Both the position numbers and the translations under genes were made by a program. Positions 51,101 to 64,000 of a stretch of DNA of 64,000 nt are shown here, piece after piece; within the stretch, counting starts at the first letter, position 1, and every line of letters starts with the position of its first letter. Origin of the DNA: Antedon mediterranea (lineage: Eukaryota > Animalia > Echinodermata); contig NC_092677.1 in the NCBI RefSeq assembly GCF_964355755.1, positions 1-64,000 on the forward strand, given 5' to 3'. Under the pieces are notes generated by a model. The model was given only the letters and a program-made list of their open reading frames with translations, was not told the origin of the DNA and did not search any database.

Positions 51101-54100
51101 TGAACAAGAAAAAGGGGACGATTTAAAGCATGACGATGAACAAGGGAAAAGGGACGATTTAAAACATGACGACGAATAAGGAAAAAGGGACGATTTAAAA
51201 CATGACGATGAACAAGGGAAAAGGGACGATTTAAAACATGACGATGAATAAGGAAAAAGAGACGATTTAAAACATGACTATGAACAAGGAAAAAGGGACG
51301 ATTTAAAACATGACGATGAACAAGGAAAAAGGGACGATTTAAAACATGACTATGAACAAGAAAAAAGGGACGATTTAAAATATGACGATGAACAAGGAAA
51401 AGGGACGATTTAAAACATGACTATGAACAAGGAAAAAGGGACGATTTAAAACATGACGATGAACAAGAAAAAGGGGGCGATTTAAAACATGACGATGAAC
51501 AAGAAAAAAGGTAGAAAAGCACTAAAACAATATTACAATAGAATATAATTTAGTTAAAACGTTACAGTTTTACCATCACGGCATATATCTTATACGTTAC
51601 AGTTTTACCATCACGGCATATATCTTATACGTTACAGTTTTACCATCACGGCATATATCTTATACGTTACAGTTTTACCATCACGGCATATATCTTATAC
51701 GTTACAGTTTTACCATCACGGCATATATCTTATACGTTACAGTTTTACCATCACGGCATATATCTTATACGTTACAGTTTTACCATCACGGCATATATCT
51801 TATACGTTACAGTTTTACCATCACGGCATATACCAGGGAGGTTTTACCAGGGAGTTGTAAACTCCCTGGTTTTACCATCACGGCATATATCTTATAGCAT
51901 TCCATTATAGGATATTATCAAATCGTCTGTTTTTTGTCAATGATTAACGCCAGCATAGTACATTCATATGCATTTACTGAGATAAATTTGATAAATATCA
52001 CTAGATTTTGAATCTGAGCTTATTTAATTTAAACAAACGTTTGTTCATGATTCAGTCTATCCCTGATTTGGTAAATTCATGATAATACTGGCGGTGAATA
52101 GAGCATCCATAACAAAAAAAAGAAACGGTTTATATACAGAACAACTTTGAGCTGCGGGGGAGGTTTTCTCATTATTTCAAAACTATTGCTTCATTTAATA
52201 TTAAACCAGTCTGAATCTTTGATTTCATCACAATAAATGTAATCCAAAATTATCGTCAACGGTTTATGTTTTATATCAGTTAGTTATTATAGTAGTAGTG
52301 GTAAGTGATATGTTGTGAGTTTTGAATTTTGTTGCTAGCGTTTATATGGTTTTGTCGTGGTAGTTTTGATTACTGTTTTTAAGTACGTGATTATTATATG
52401 AATCACGCTATACAGTATACTAGAAATGAACGTTTTTTAAATAGAAGTTGACAGCATAAGCCGAATGGTTGTCCGTTAAAATGCTCTAGTGCATAACTAT
52501 TGTCAGTGATGAGCAAAGTTGACTTGTTACCGCAAGGGGAAATGTTATTAAGTAAGGAAATAGAGAATAATCTGGAAGGAAACGCAAGGCAGCCAAACAA
52601 TATTACTCGTTATCAAGTACGGTAATGTGGCGGCGGCGATCTACTCATTACACGCCTTAATAACGGATTGCACATCTAATCATTTAAATACTTGTATTTT
52701 TTAGTAATTACATTTCTGTACAATCACTGATTAGTTTATTTGGTATAGGACGATCTAAAAAACTGCACCAATAAATTATTTAGGCTTAACCATCATAATT
52801 TTCTTAAGAATTTATTTACGAATTATTTTGTATTATCTATATGTTTTATTTATCTGTATGTTTTTACAAAGTTGGGGAAAAATAATAACTACATACTTGA
52901 TAAATACTGTATATTTTATATACAAATATTATACCCTGAATTTAAATTTCAATGCAATTGTTTTACAAAGCGAGATACGTAGAATTCATGAACATTGGCT
53001 AATATTTCCTGTTTGTTGATTACCATCTGTCAACGGAAATCATAAGAAAGTTTACTATTGATCGCCATGTTAGAAGGCACCTGCAGTACGAAACGCTAAA
53101 ATTACCAACTAAATTTAAATATTTACTAATATACAATTATTAGTATAAAAAAAAGAGAATTTGTAAAATACCGTAATTGATAAGAATAATTGAATAAAAA
53201 GAGTAATCCTACCAGTTATGTACATGTTGTCCTTTCCTGTGTAGTTTCTTGGTAGAAACGGTGGATAAACTAGATACCGGCGGCGCGTCGAGCGGGCGTA
53301 CAGACAAGCCCCCGTCGCAAATTCTTGTTTGCGATCCGTATTGAAGATAATCTCAGCAAATAAAAAAAAACTATCGCATGTTTTTGTTCACGATGACAAA
53401 TAAAAGTAACTTTTGAAAAAATGTGTATATAATTTATATTATTCGAGTACTGACTATTCTAAAAATGTTGGTGAGCCGCCGTCCAACGGAAGATACCATG
53501 TCACCTCAAATCAGAAAATAAACCAAGATTCTGATTGCCTTTTATTCATTCAGTGCTATAGGCTAAGCTTGTAGAAAGAGTTTGATATCTTCTAATATGG
53601 ACCAATCAAACACAGCGTTAATGAATAATGTATGAAGTAATTTATTATACACCTAAGCGATGATGCCTGGCTATACAGAAGCAGTGGTCGATATTTTAAA
53701 AGAGGCTGTTGTTGGTCGCGTGTCGTTGAATTAAGTCATCCAAAATCTTTTGTTATAGTTAACTAGTAAATATTGGCTAAAGATTATGAAAGCAGTAAAA
53801 CAAAAAAAAATCAGCATGCGCCACTGAATATGAGCAAAATCTTCTGAAAACACTTCATGCACCAGAAAATAAGAAACACCTATTCTCAAAAGAAATAACA
53901 GAACAGGCACGTGCGTACTAAATCGCCCATGGTGTTCTTGGCTTTATGTTTGCACAATGATGAACGAAGAACGATTCTTACAAACATAATTTATTAAAAG
54001 CTCTAGGTCAAAATAATGAGATTTCTAGAGGTTTTGTTCCTTATAATATCTAAGACCATGATTATAGGTAACAAGCAGGTGCTTTTTAATAATTACTAAA

Positions 54101-57100
54101 ATATCTACTGACAACAAAAATAATACCTTTTTTTAACAAATATTTTCCGTATTTATTAAATGGTGTTAAAATGTATGTATATCATTATTACAGCACCTTT
54201 TATTTATATCATAGCTACTCTACATAGAACTGGCGATTAACATTACTTTTATAAAGCTATATGTTCATTTATAACACTGTACGATGGTTGTGTAATGTAA
54301 TTGTTGATTCACTTAAATTCAAATTGGTTTTATTTTTTACATTGAGGATGCACATTTTATTACAAATTAATTTAACTTTGAAACAATGTGGAAACGGTGG
54401 TATTTACTATTATGTGCAAAGAGACTTGAAGCTAGTGTTCAGATAATGGTTTACTTGTATGATGAAAATGTGCAAAGAGACTTGAAGCTAGTGTTCAGAT
54501 AATGGTTTACTTGTATGAGCAAAATGTGCAAAGAGACTTGAAGCTAGTGTTCAGATAATGGTTTACTTGTATGAGCAAAATGTGCAAAGAGACTTGAAGC
54601 TAGTGTTCAGATAATGGTTTACTTGTATGAGGAAAATGTGCAAAGAAACTTGAAGCTAGTGTTCAGATAATGGTTTACTTGTATGAGCAAAATGTGCAAA
54701 GAGACTTGAAGCTAGTGTTCAGATAATGGTTTACTTGTATGAGCAAAATGTGCAAAGAGACTTGAAGCTAGTGTTCAGATAATGGTTTACTTGTATGAGC
54801 AAAATGTTTGCTTGCCGTAATCTCTACAAGACTTATTTTAAGAAGCTATTTTAAGTTTATTCAAATCATAGTAAAAATTCGAAAATTAAAGATTAAGAAT
54901 TTCATATAAAATAATAATACTAATAAAGAATCAACAAGTAGCCGAGATGATAATAATAGACTGTTAGCCTCACTTTAATTAATGCTATAGAGTATGTTGA
55001 AAAGGAATCAATAATAATTGATCGCCTTAAATTTAATCAAAGGCACGTTCTTTATTAGTATGCCTACTAAGGTTAATTCAGAGTTGGTTTATGCCAAGTT
55101 AGTACGTGATGCAATTCTACTGTCGTTTATTGAGTAAATGATGATCAGTTTACAGTACATCAAGTGGCCTTTCATTTTTAAAACGACATGAAGCGGAAAG
55201 GGAAACTACAATCAACGGATGCTCAATCCTTGTCGAACTTTAGTTTAACAATCAACATAATAGCAAAATACGAAGTATGACGGAAGTTAAGGGGAAACAA
55301 TTGCAAGTCAATCGATTGAAACTCTTCCGAAAATACTTTTATACTTAAGAGCATAAAATATGAACGTGAGAATCATTAAATATTCACATTATGATATCAT
55401 CAGCCAAAATTATGGAAAGCACAGAATTACAAGATTTAATAAAGGTTGCTTACTTCCTTTAAAAAATGTATTAAAATTTGATATATCGCATTATAAATCT
55501 TAATGTGCTCTGAAAAAATAATCTGACAAGAGGCAACCAACTAAAAAGAGAACCTAGCAAGTAATATTGTAAGTGACATGATTGGTATAATGAAAACAAC
55601 ACCACAATAAGACAAAATTAAATATCGATATTACGCACGAAATTAATAGGATGAGAAATATGTCTTCTGTTCTATTAAAACCAGTAACTAATATAACTAT
55701 ACAATAGGTTAACTGGAATTCATCGCGTAATGTAGGCCTATTCAAATTAAATGACTTCATAATGCCCTCAAATGGAAGTTCGAGCTGGTTTATGAATGCA
55801 TTGTATCATTATAGACACGATGTAGGTCCTATATTCCAATACTGCAATATATTTATATATAGATAACTACATTAAAGGTCCTATTGTTACTTTTGGTTGA
55901 TTTTTTGAAGATTTTGGTTTACTTTCTTCATAATTACATTTTTTTTAATTTCACTTTCTAAATCAATAAATCACGTGACTAAATAGTGACTGGATTATAA
56001 CTTATTTCGGTAAGCAATAAAACAGGATAAATCTAAACGTTTGGTATTATTCTTCAAGTAATGTCAAGTCCTTCCCTGTGCATGTAAAGGAGCTTTAATC
56101 ACTTTTTATTAAGTAGGTTCTTCAATGCTTTCACAATAACAATGCACAACAGCACACGAACCTAGACTAAAGAACGTTAACAAAGAAAGTTAATAACATT
56201 GCAAGTGATCACGCGTAAAGTAATATCTTACAAATCGAGCGTCTTAATTGTGTAATTAAGTTCAAGACAGGAACGTATTTAGGATACAACAAGTATGAAC
56301 CAAACCATGAAACAAATCATAACAACTATAAGATATAGGCCTGCTGTAGGCGAGTAGCAACCACAATTGTCTTAAAACCCAAATTAGTATACGATACGTT
56401 ACAATAATTGAAATAATGATATAATTATTACAAACACATAAACAGGACAGATATAATTACAGATACAATTGATGAAATACAACATAGTACCAGGGATTTT
56501 TTGTCGAGATTATCACAATACATTTATCCGGCAGGTACTATGTTTAGTTATGGTTATACGGTGATACGGAAGGTATCACAATACATTTATCCGGCAGGTA
56601 CTAGGTTTAGTTATGGTTATACGGTGATACGGAAGGTTATGGTGACTACGGGGTGTTGCCGCATCGCACTGGATTTACTTTGGTCAAAACAACTAAATAA
56701 TGGTTAATGGTTTTGAAATTCATGACTGATAATGTCATCTCAGATTCAAACTATGTTACTGTTGGATATTGAAAGTACTATCTTAAGTGTAATTATATTT
56801 ATTATTTTGTTTTCCTTATTCTCACATCCTCAACTTTATCGTTTCAAAATTAGTTATTTTTCAGTATATAACTGTGTGGTTTAGAATTTCTTCTAACCTG
56901 TAGGCCTAAATGATATTTTGTGAATCAAAAAGCAAAAAACGCTGTGGGTATCAGTGACCGGATCAAAATTATAAAGTAGAACCACGTTGAGAATGCATTT
57001 AAGAGTTTTTATCTCACTGGTGGTTTAAACTAATGGTAGATATCAAGCCGATTCTGGGTTCGAATCTCAGTTGGGACGGCTTTTTATCATTCTCACATAT

Positions 57101-60100
57101 TTCCTCATCTTCGCCGTTTATAAATCAATTCATAGTATATCACTGGACGGTTTAGAATGTATCTGTCGGCTGAATGTATAATACTAATAGAGTGGCGGCG
57201 TTTGTTTCTTATACACTCATGTTTGTTATTGCATGCATATCAAAATGACGGAATTTTCACTGTTAAGTTTTTAATTGGGACACAGAAGCAAGTGTATAAA
57301 TCTTACCGTTCCTGGGCATGCGTGATGATGTATCCACTGGAGTCGTAGAATTTGGGTATGGAAAAGCTGTGCTTCCTGCAATAAAACATGTTTGTTGTTT
57401 AGTAAGATTGTGTGGTGTGACGTAGAAACTGGGGGCTTTGTACAGACGTGGACCTAACTATCGGGTGGATAAACACCAATGAATTAAAGAATTTTGGAAA
57501 ATGAATATGGGAAAATTTAATAGAGGTAATATTGCTTTGTAGGAAACGATCATGTGAATGAAGAAATGGGTGGTGTGCGGACATAAAGTATAATAGGGTG
57601 GAAGGAATAAAAGTTGTGCTTGATCAAGTTTATTGAACCGACGGAATATAGGTAGTGGATTAAAGGCATACAACAAAGATAGATCAGCTATTTTGGATGG
57701 ACGAAAAGAAATAAGGTATAGGTAGATAAACAAAATGAGTAGGTAGAAAAAATAATGAATTGAAATAACGTATGCAGCCTAACTAGGCTGAATCGTGGAC
57801 GAGCCAACATCCCGCCTCAGATTTATGGCTAATTCCCCCCCTTACCACTACGTCACTTGATGCAATTTGAAATGTTGCCAATGATAACAGTTATGATTGA
57901 CCTTGTTGGTACTAATGGTGGTGATAATTTTATGATTTTTAATGATAATTCATTGTAATTATGCACGATCGGATGCTATAAAGTTGAACATTGTTTGAAA
58001 GAGGGCGCTGTTTAGGTTTATAACACAAAGGGAATTTATACAAATGAAGCGTAAAGAAAATGCAATATATTTACATAAAAGTAGTCTGAAAATGTGGTAG
58101 GACTAGTGTCATTATAACATGAAGACTGCACAGGCTTTACAACATGCAGATGTAAAGAAACAGTATAAAAATGTTAACACCTTACATAATATTACAGAGG
58201 CCCTTATACCAGATATGGCCTAGTGGAGTTCACAATGCATTTGTTACCAAATATCATTCACAATTCATAACGCATTCAGAGTATCATCCAACATTCATAT
58301 TACAGAATAAATTAGCATTAGTTAGAAATCATTAGTTTTGGTTACCAGGAAACGAAGGAGTAACATGCTGCTTGCTAGTGGTGTTGTTGTTGTTGTTGTT
58401 GTATCGGTCAGGCTCGTGACGATTTACAGGCAGTCCATTAAAGTCCATCATTTTACCTTGTGTTGGCACGGGACCTCTTGGAGAGGGTTGCAACGCTTTA
58501 TCTACGTCTTCTGACGTCAAATTAGGCAACGGAGCTGTTATTATGAAATTAAGACTTTTAAAATGTAAGAATTACTCAATGTTTGCTATTATTTAGTTCT
58601 AAGATGTTTGTAAATTACAATATTTCCAAAGGATCAGTAGACCAATAGTTCTGTAGTAAACGGACGAAGATCTATTCGGCAAAAATGCAGCTTATAACAA
58701 ATTCAAAACAACGCCCTCAGTTGTTCATCGACAACTTTATAAGTGTGGCTATACCATTTTATTCGACGAACTGTCAAAAAATCCAAAAAAGACCTTTTGT
58801 GGGGTTTTTTTGTCCACTTACTTTGTTTCAAAAAATTCAAATGTGACATAAGGACCTCAGCATTATATGCACTTGTAATCCGGATGAAATCGTCTCTGTT
58901 CATTTTACATAATTGTTTTCCATCCATGCTGAATCTTGTTACTTGTACATCCTGTAGAGAATATTCTCGAACAGCCCACTCAACCCACTGTTGGACATGT
59001 TCAGTGCTCCACATATTGGGATCTAAAAACAAATTTATATTCACTTATTTAGTCAAAATTATTATTAATTCGCATTTAGGCCTATGTTTAGGCCTAAACT
59101 TCCAAAATAGATAAGAAAATAAAAGAAGATAACAAAATATCAAAATGCTACATAGATCTCTATATTACATATAATGTAATTTCTTTCCTCATAATGTATT
59201 ACAAGAAACATGATAATCAGACGGCCAAATGAGATCAAACGCTGTGTTACCACACCAATTGCAGCTAATAATTAATATCTGTTACCCGGAGTTCAGTTTT
59301 TGTTTCTTTTTTTATGTCAAATAAAACATTTTTCTAGTAATTACGTATATTTTTGTCTTTATTATTTCCCATGACCTTGTTAGAAGTGCTTTATATTATG
59401 TTTACTGGTTTAACTGGTTGAACTTGTGTAGTGTCAAGCATTCACCTAACACGCGATAACACGCTCTCGTTTGAGCAAATTGGATATTTCCCGCCAGTAA
59501 TTGCTTCTTCCTTGGGTACATCGTCTGTGACAAAATGTACCCCGGCCACTGACCTCCATACAAATAAAACTTGTACGTGCCAATACGTTTGTATACTTCC
59601 GATTTGTCCAATTCGACTTACTTATTTTAAAATAATTAATAACTACATTATGACACTTTTCATTATTACACCAGTAATCAACATTATGATCTAATGTTGA
59701 AGACACACAAACAAAAAACCAATCACATATCATAAATGTTGAAGACACACAAACAAAAAACCAATCACATATCATTTAATGTTGAAGACACAGAAACAAA
59801 AAACCAATCACATATCATTTTTAACCATTTATCAATAAATAATTGTATTTAATTTCAGAATGATGTAGGCCTACGTGTATGTATAGTATTTTAAAAATCG
59901 TTTGAATGAATAATCAAAGTTATTTTCAAACTGTACTTCTTCTACTTCAGAACAATATGAAAACCGTGATTTTATCAGTAATATTACAATTTATTTTAAG
60001 CTACAACAATATCTTACTCGGTGCTGTACATTTTGATAACTGTTAACTTAATGTATATCATATTGTTATACTTAATAAATTGATTGTTTTAATGCCGCTT

Positions 60101-63100
60101 GCGATTTACATTTTCTTCCTGTATTGCAAGGTTGATGTGACTCGGCATCCGGTTTGTCACTTCTTTACGCTCAGTCTACACAATTTACTGCAGTAACAGT
60201 GCTAGCAAACCACTTTGTCTTATTTACTGCAGTAACAGTGCTAGCAAACCACTTATTTTGTGCACTATACTATAAACCGCCTATTATAACAAACACACAC
60301 GAAACAGCCTGCTGATATATACTGATAATGTATCTATTTATTTGAAACGATAAAGATGAGGAAATATATGAGATTTGAACCCGGAACATTCTGCTTGATA
60401 TGCAGATGTACGAACCATTAGACCAGGGGCTTTCGTGCTATTCTTCAAATTTGATTTTATAACGACAACAAAGTGTATGGCTTAACCTGTGAAAAGGGGC
60501 CTATAATAAATTTAGTAAATCTAACTTATCATTGTTTAAGTTGTGAGGCAGGCAGGAAAGCATTTGAGTTGAGAAGCAGGTATATTCTCTTTGTAAATGA
60601 ATATCCATGTGTATAAGAGAATACACACAACAAGCGGTTATTTTAATAATATTCTCTAAATTAATATACGATAAACCATAAAAACGATTATAATGAAACT
60701 GAGTTTAGGCCCAATCCATAAACCCACAGCATTTTGTCTGTACAATAGCTATCTCCAAACGAGTCAATTATTATTAATATGCACAATACTAAATTAATAT
60801 TATTTTTTTTTGTCTTGTGTGAGTTCATCTAACGTTTCTAAATTAATATTTTATTTACTTTGCTGTTTATAGGTGAAATCACTATTTATTATTGACAATT
60901 CATATTATCGTACAAACTATTTCGTTAATGTTTATAGTCTATTATATCTATTGTAAAAGGTTTTGTGGAAAATAAACAAAAATTTTAATTATGGTTTGTT
61001 ATTGATAAATTATTTATAAAAATCCAAAATATATATTAATTATCACAAGGTGATGAACAGCTGTAACATGAGAGAAAGTAATTCCTCAATGGTCGTACAT
61101 AAAAAAGGAGGTTCTGTAGTATAGTGTCAGGAGACGCCGCCAGAATATGGGACGAAAGTTGCTGTTAAAAAACATGATGGCTATTTATTTCGCTAGACAA
61201 TGATATCCGTCTCGGGTGCAGATGACGATAAGATGACCCAACAGGTTAGATCCATTCTGCTGATTTCATAACAACGTAAATAACAAATGTTATAGGCCTC
61301 ATGCTATTAAACTTACTTAGTTATCAATTCCAATTCTAATATTTTTAATTTTTCAACACGCCAATGCATAAAACTACTATGCAACGAAACAAATGTTATC
61401 ATAAAGGTATTTCATTATATATATGCCTATATATATTATATTATATATGCCTATATATATTATAGGCATATTCAGGGTTGAACAACGATATTTTACTTCA
61501 GTAAAATATGTTCAACTTTCTTCGTTGTGTATTTTCTCTAATTTAGCTTATTGGAAATGGTTTTCATTCGAGGGCTTGGAAGTTATACAAAAGATTTGAA
61601 CACCTGTTTGTAAATGAACAAGCCTGATTGATAAGTTGGAACAATGCTCCGTAGAATATTAAAAAAGAGAACACAATATACTTGAAGAGAATATTAAAGT
61701 AGATGTGATTACTAAATCGATTTGAAAGCGAAGGAATATGCTGATAACAGCATGAGAATAAAATGCTGCTTATTTGAGTGTAAGTTGCAGGTGTTTTACT
61801 CACGATCTATATCGTTATGGAATTTTGGCAGATAAACTATTCTTCTGTGACCTTGGCATCACCTTCTAAAACAGGCATTTCTCTTTTTTTAAATAAAGAA
61901 TCCTTATTTACTTCATGTATTTGTCTACTGCTTCTTTGTATTAACTAATTTGTTTTGAATTTGTTAAATTGAATATTCTAACAAATTAAAATGATAGCAT
62001 ATATCATAGTAACACAAAAGTAAGGTTATAACACTGGTTTATACCATAACAACAATAATAACAGATTCTTGTTATGAACAATAGACAAAGATTAAGAAAG
62101 ATTACGGAGAGAAAACCGGAAAGGACTAGGTGCGCTTCGCATTGGCTCAGTTCATAACGGAAAAGGAGTGTATACAGAACGTTTTGATCCGTTAGTAGGC
62201 CTACTAGTTTTTTATTTACAAAAAAAATAATTTAGTTTATTTATCTTTAAAATATTATTCGTACAAAATCAAATCACAATCGATGATTATGGATATTAGA
62301 TAATTAATGTAATGTTGTTACTGATGTTGTATAACATACTAAACAAAATGTAGGCCTAAAGTACCTATATTGGTCAAAGTATTTATCAATATAGCCTCCC
62401 GAACCACTGTTGACTGGATTACAATATAGCCTCCCTATCATATAATGGTCAAAGTATTTATCAATATAGCCTCCCAAACCACTGTTGACTGGATTACAAT
62501 ATAGCATCCCTATCATATAATGGTCAAAGTATTTATCAATATAGCCTCCCGAACCACTGTTGACTGGATTACAAACTCGATTAGCCATTGGATTATTATA
62601 ACTGCAGTTTTATGATGTAAGGTTAAATAGCTCAATTTCCGTTTTTTTAAACTTTTATACTGATTGTTGTCTATTCCAAATGGTCAGTTTTATTTGTTGG
62701 TACCGTACCAAATGTTTCCTCTTTTCACAGTTATTGTAGAACATGAAATTTGGTAAAATATTCCTTTACAGTTGTTGTTTCCTTCATAGTGTTATGGTAG
62801 CCATTTAATATCATGTCCAGTCCAATTATAGCTGTATCGTACCATACGGTACGGTTAACCGTCTTAGGTTTATCCATTTTCCAGTCAAATTTTGACAGTT
62901 GCGGCTTCATTTCATGCATAGTATATTGTGGTACAATTTTCAAGGTATTCGCAGTACATAAATGTAATGCAAATTTAGCGTTTTCAAACATAATTTTAAA
63001 TAATTATAAATTACGTTGGCTATCGATAAATGATAATACATTAGTTTTGGTTAACCCTCTGTACACAAAATTAACTTAAGCAAGTAACAAACTGGTTTCC

Positions 63101-63486
63101 TACATACCTGCTGGCACAATGACTCTTTTTTCAGTAGTTGTTACATTTGGAGGAGGAGATCGAGGTCTTTCTTCTGTAGTTGCTGTAAAAGGTGGACATG
63201 GATATGGTGGTGCTGGTTGTGGTTCACTCATACCCTGACGCTTGCCAACACTACAATCTAATGGACTCTCTGAATCTACCCTAGCTCCTGCCACGCCATC
63301 AGTGTCAACTTCTTGTTTCATACTTGATACACAAGAATTCCAAGACTCCTGGACTGGTGTAAGGGGCGACGCTTTGGTCTTTGCTGCTTGTAATGCTTCA
63401 ATTGATGAAATAGTTGGTTTGGTTTCTTGCTGTTGATAACTTGCTTCAAACATAGACTGGTCTTCACCAACAACACAGAGTGCCTC
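44679..63486 (-). CDS. ERG: ERG/FLI1-subfamily ETS transcription factor; exons 63486-63108, 59022-58822, 58534-58346, 49976-49908, 49434-49378, 48409-48362, 45196-44679; first coding exon outside window
   Basis: [35 protein letters not shown] domain, [50 protein letters not shown] domain and C-terminal HIGTYY. All introns are GT-AG and phase-consistent (1461 nt = 487 codons). Confidence 0.95.
45389..45625. mobile_element. PIF/Harbinger (Tourist-like) MITE 45389-45547 plus an adjacent truncated second copy
   Basis: ~41-bp TIR AGCCGATTTTCCACTAGGCGAATTTGTTCGCGCGAATCGAA with TAA TSD. The second copy starts at 45551 right after the shared TAA. Confidence 0.85.
45872..46283. repeat. ~55-bp tandem array (~7 copies)
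   Basis: Unit CTACTGACCATAGAGTGGAACAAATTCTAACGGTTTGGGTAGCGATTGATTTAGG. Confidence 0.93.
48599..49377. repeat. 60-bp tandem array (13 copies) starting at an ERG splice donor
   Basis: Exact 60-bp period. The minus-strand unit begins GTGAGAA, as does the real donor at 49377. Confidence 0.95.
50336..51510. repeat. ~36-bp minisatellite (~32 copies)
   Basis: Unit GATTTAAAACATGACGATGAACAAGGAAAAAGGGAC. Confidence 0.95.
51559..51895. repeat. 35-bp tandem array (~9 copies)
   Basis: Unit CGTTACAGTTTTACCATCACGGCATATATCTTATA. Confidence 0.95.
54412..54806. repeat. 56-bp tandem array (7 copies)
   Basis: Unit ATGTGCAAAGAGACTTGAAGCTAGTGTTCAGATAATGGTTTACTTGTATGAGCAAA. Confidence 0.95.
58822..59022 (-). 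CDS. ERG: ERG pointed (PNT/SAM) domain exon
   Basis: [23 protein letters not shown]...MDGKQLCKM...[10 protein letters not shown], bounded by TAG and GTAAGT. Confidence 0.95.
62371..62573. repeat. ~75-bp tandem repeat (~3 copies)
   Basis: TGGTCAAAGTATTTATCAATATAGCCTCCC...GGATTACAA repeated. Confidence 0.85.
63108..63486 (-). CDS. ERG: ERG N-terminal exon
   Basis: [14 protein letters not shown]...[10 protein letters not shown]...[16 protein letters not shown], bounded by CAG and GTATGT. Confidence 0.93.
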
Positions 63487-64000
63487 CTGTGAGAAACAAG
63501 GCATAAAATCTGTTTCAAAATGAAATGTTAATTGAATGGAAACAATTCGTTAATATTATGTCCTGTTGTTTGTCGGTTGTTGTGTACATGGACAAACCGC
63601 TTCAGAAACCTCCTGTTTATGAAACAGTGACAAAATAGGAGGAAATTCATGAAAAACCAGGAAATTGAATAATTTGACATCGGATAATCAATAAGGGTAA
63701 CTCTACACGTGCTAAGCATAATATTACATTTATGAAACTTCATACTAAAACTTGTTTTTCAAATCATAATGACCCAAAATGTAAATGTCTGTTACTTAGG
63801 TATAGTTTCTAAAGTTGACAAAACCTTCAATGTGACTAAGTTACATTGTAATATGCATTGTTTTTGTTATATTGAAGTCCCTGTAATAAATTATAAACTT
63901 TTCTATCAAAAAAGACGTTTATTCCTACTGTAGAACATCCATCGGTTGTAATATGATATAGTATTAGATAAATAATTATTTTAGACTACGGCTGATTACT

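Noticed and set aside
60368-60430. tRNA-like sequence on the minus strand (similar weak matches at ~57015-57080, ~40470-40530, ~21645-21710)
   Set aside because: Only A/B-box remnants with no complete cloverleaf; probably decayed SINE heads.

Overview
This is the left end of an AT-rich metazoan chromosome, probably an invertebrate deuterostome such as an echinoderm (inferred, not provable here). It opens with a 2.3-kb (CCCTAA)n telomere, followed by a rearranged subtelomere of GACA-type satellite, long inverted arms and nested MITEs. There are three host genes. (1) A two-exon TKL-type pseudokinase with a C-terminal death domain (+, 11076-12829). (2) An 8-coding-exon REXO4 DEDDh exonuclease (-, 13602-29827); its introns hold a hAT-type transposon, and one of its splice acceptors has been amplified into a ~63-copy 79-bp satellite. 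(3) An ERG/FLI1-type ETS factor (-, 44679-63486; first exon outside the window). The rest is dense in DNA-transposon MITEs with readable TSDs, Helitron/Helentron elements, a Rex1/Babar-like RT fragment inside a Mutator-like element, a tRNA-derived SINE and many local tandem arrays. The most unusual pattern is repeated tandem amplification of gene-processing signals (splice acceptor, splice donors, stop codon). All exon models, copy numbers and family assignments were read by eye without databases.
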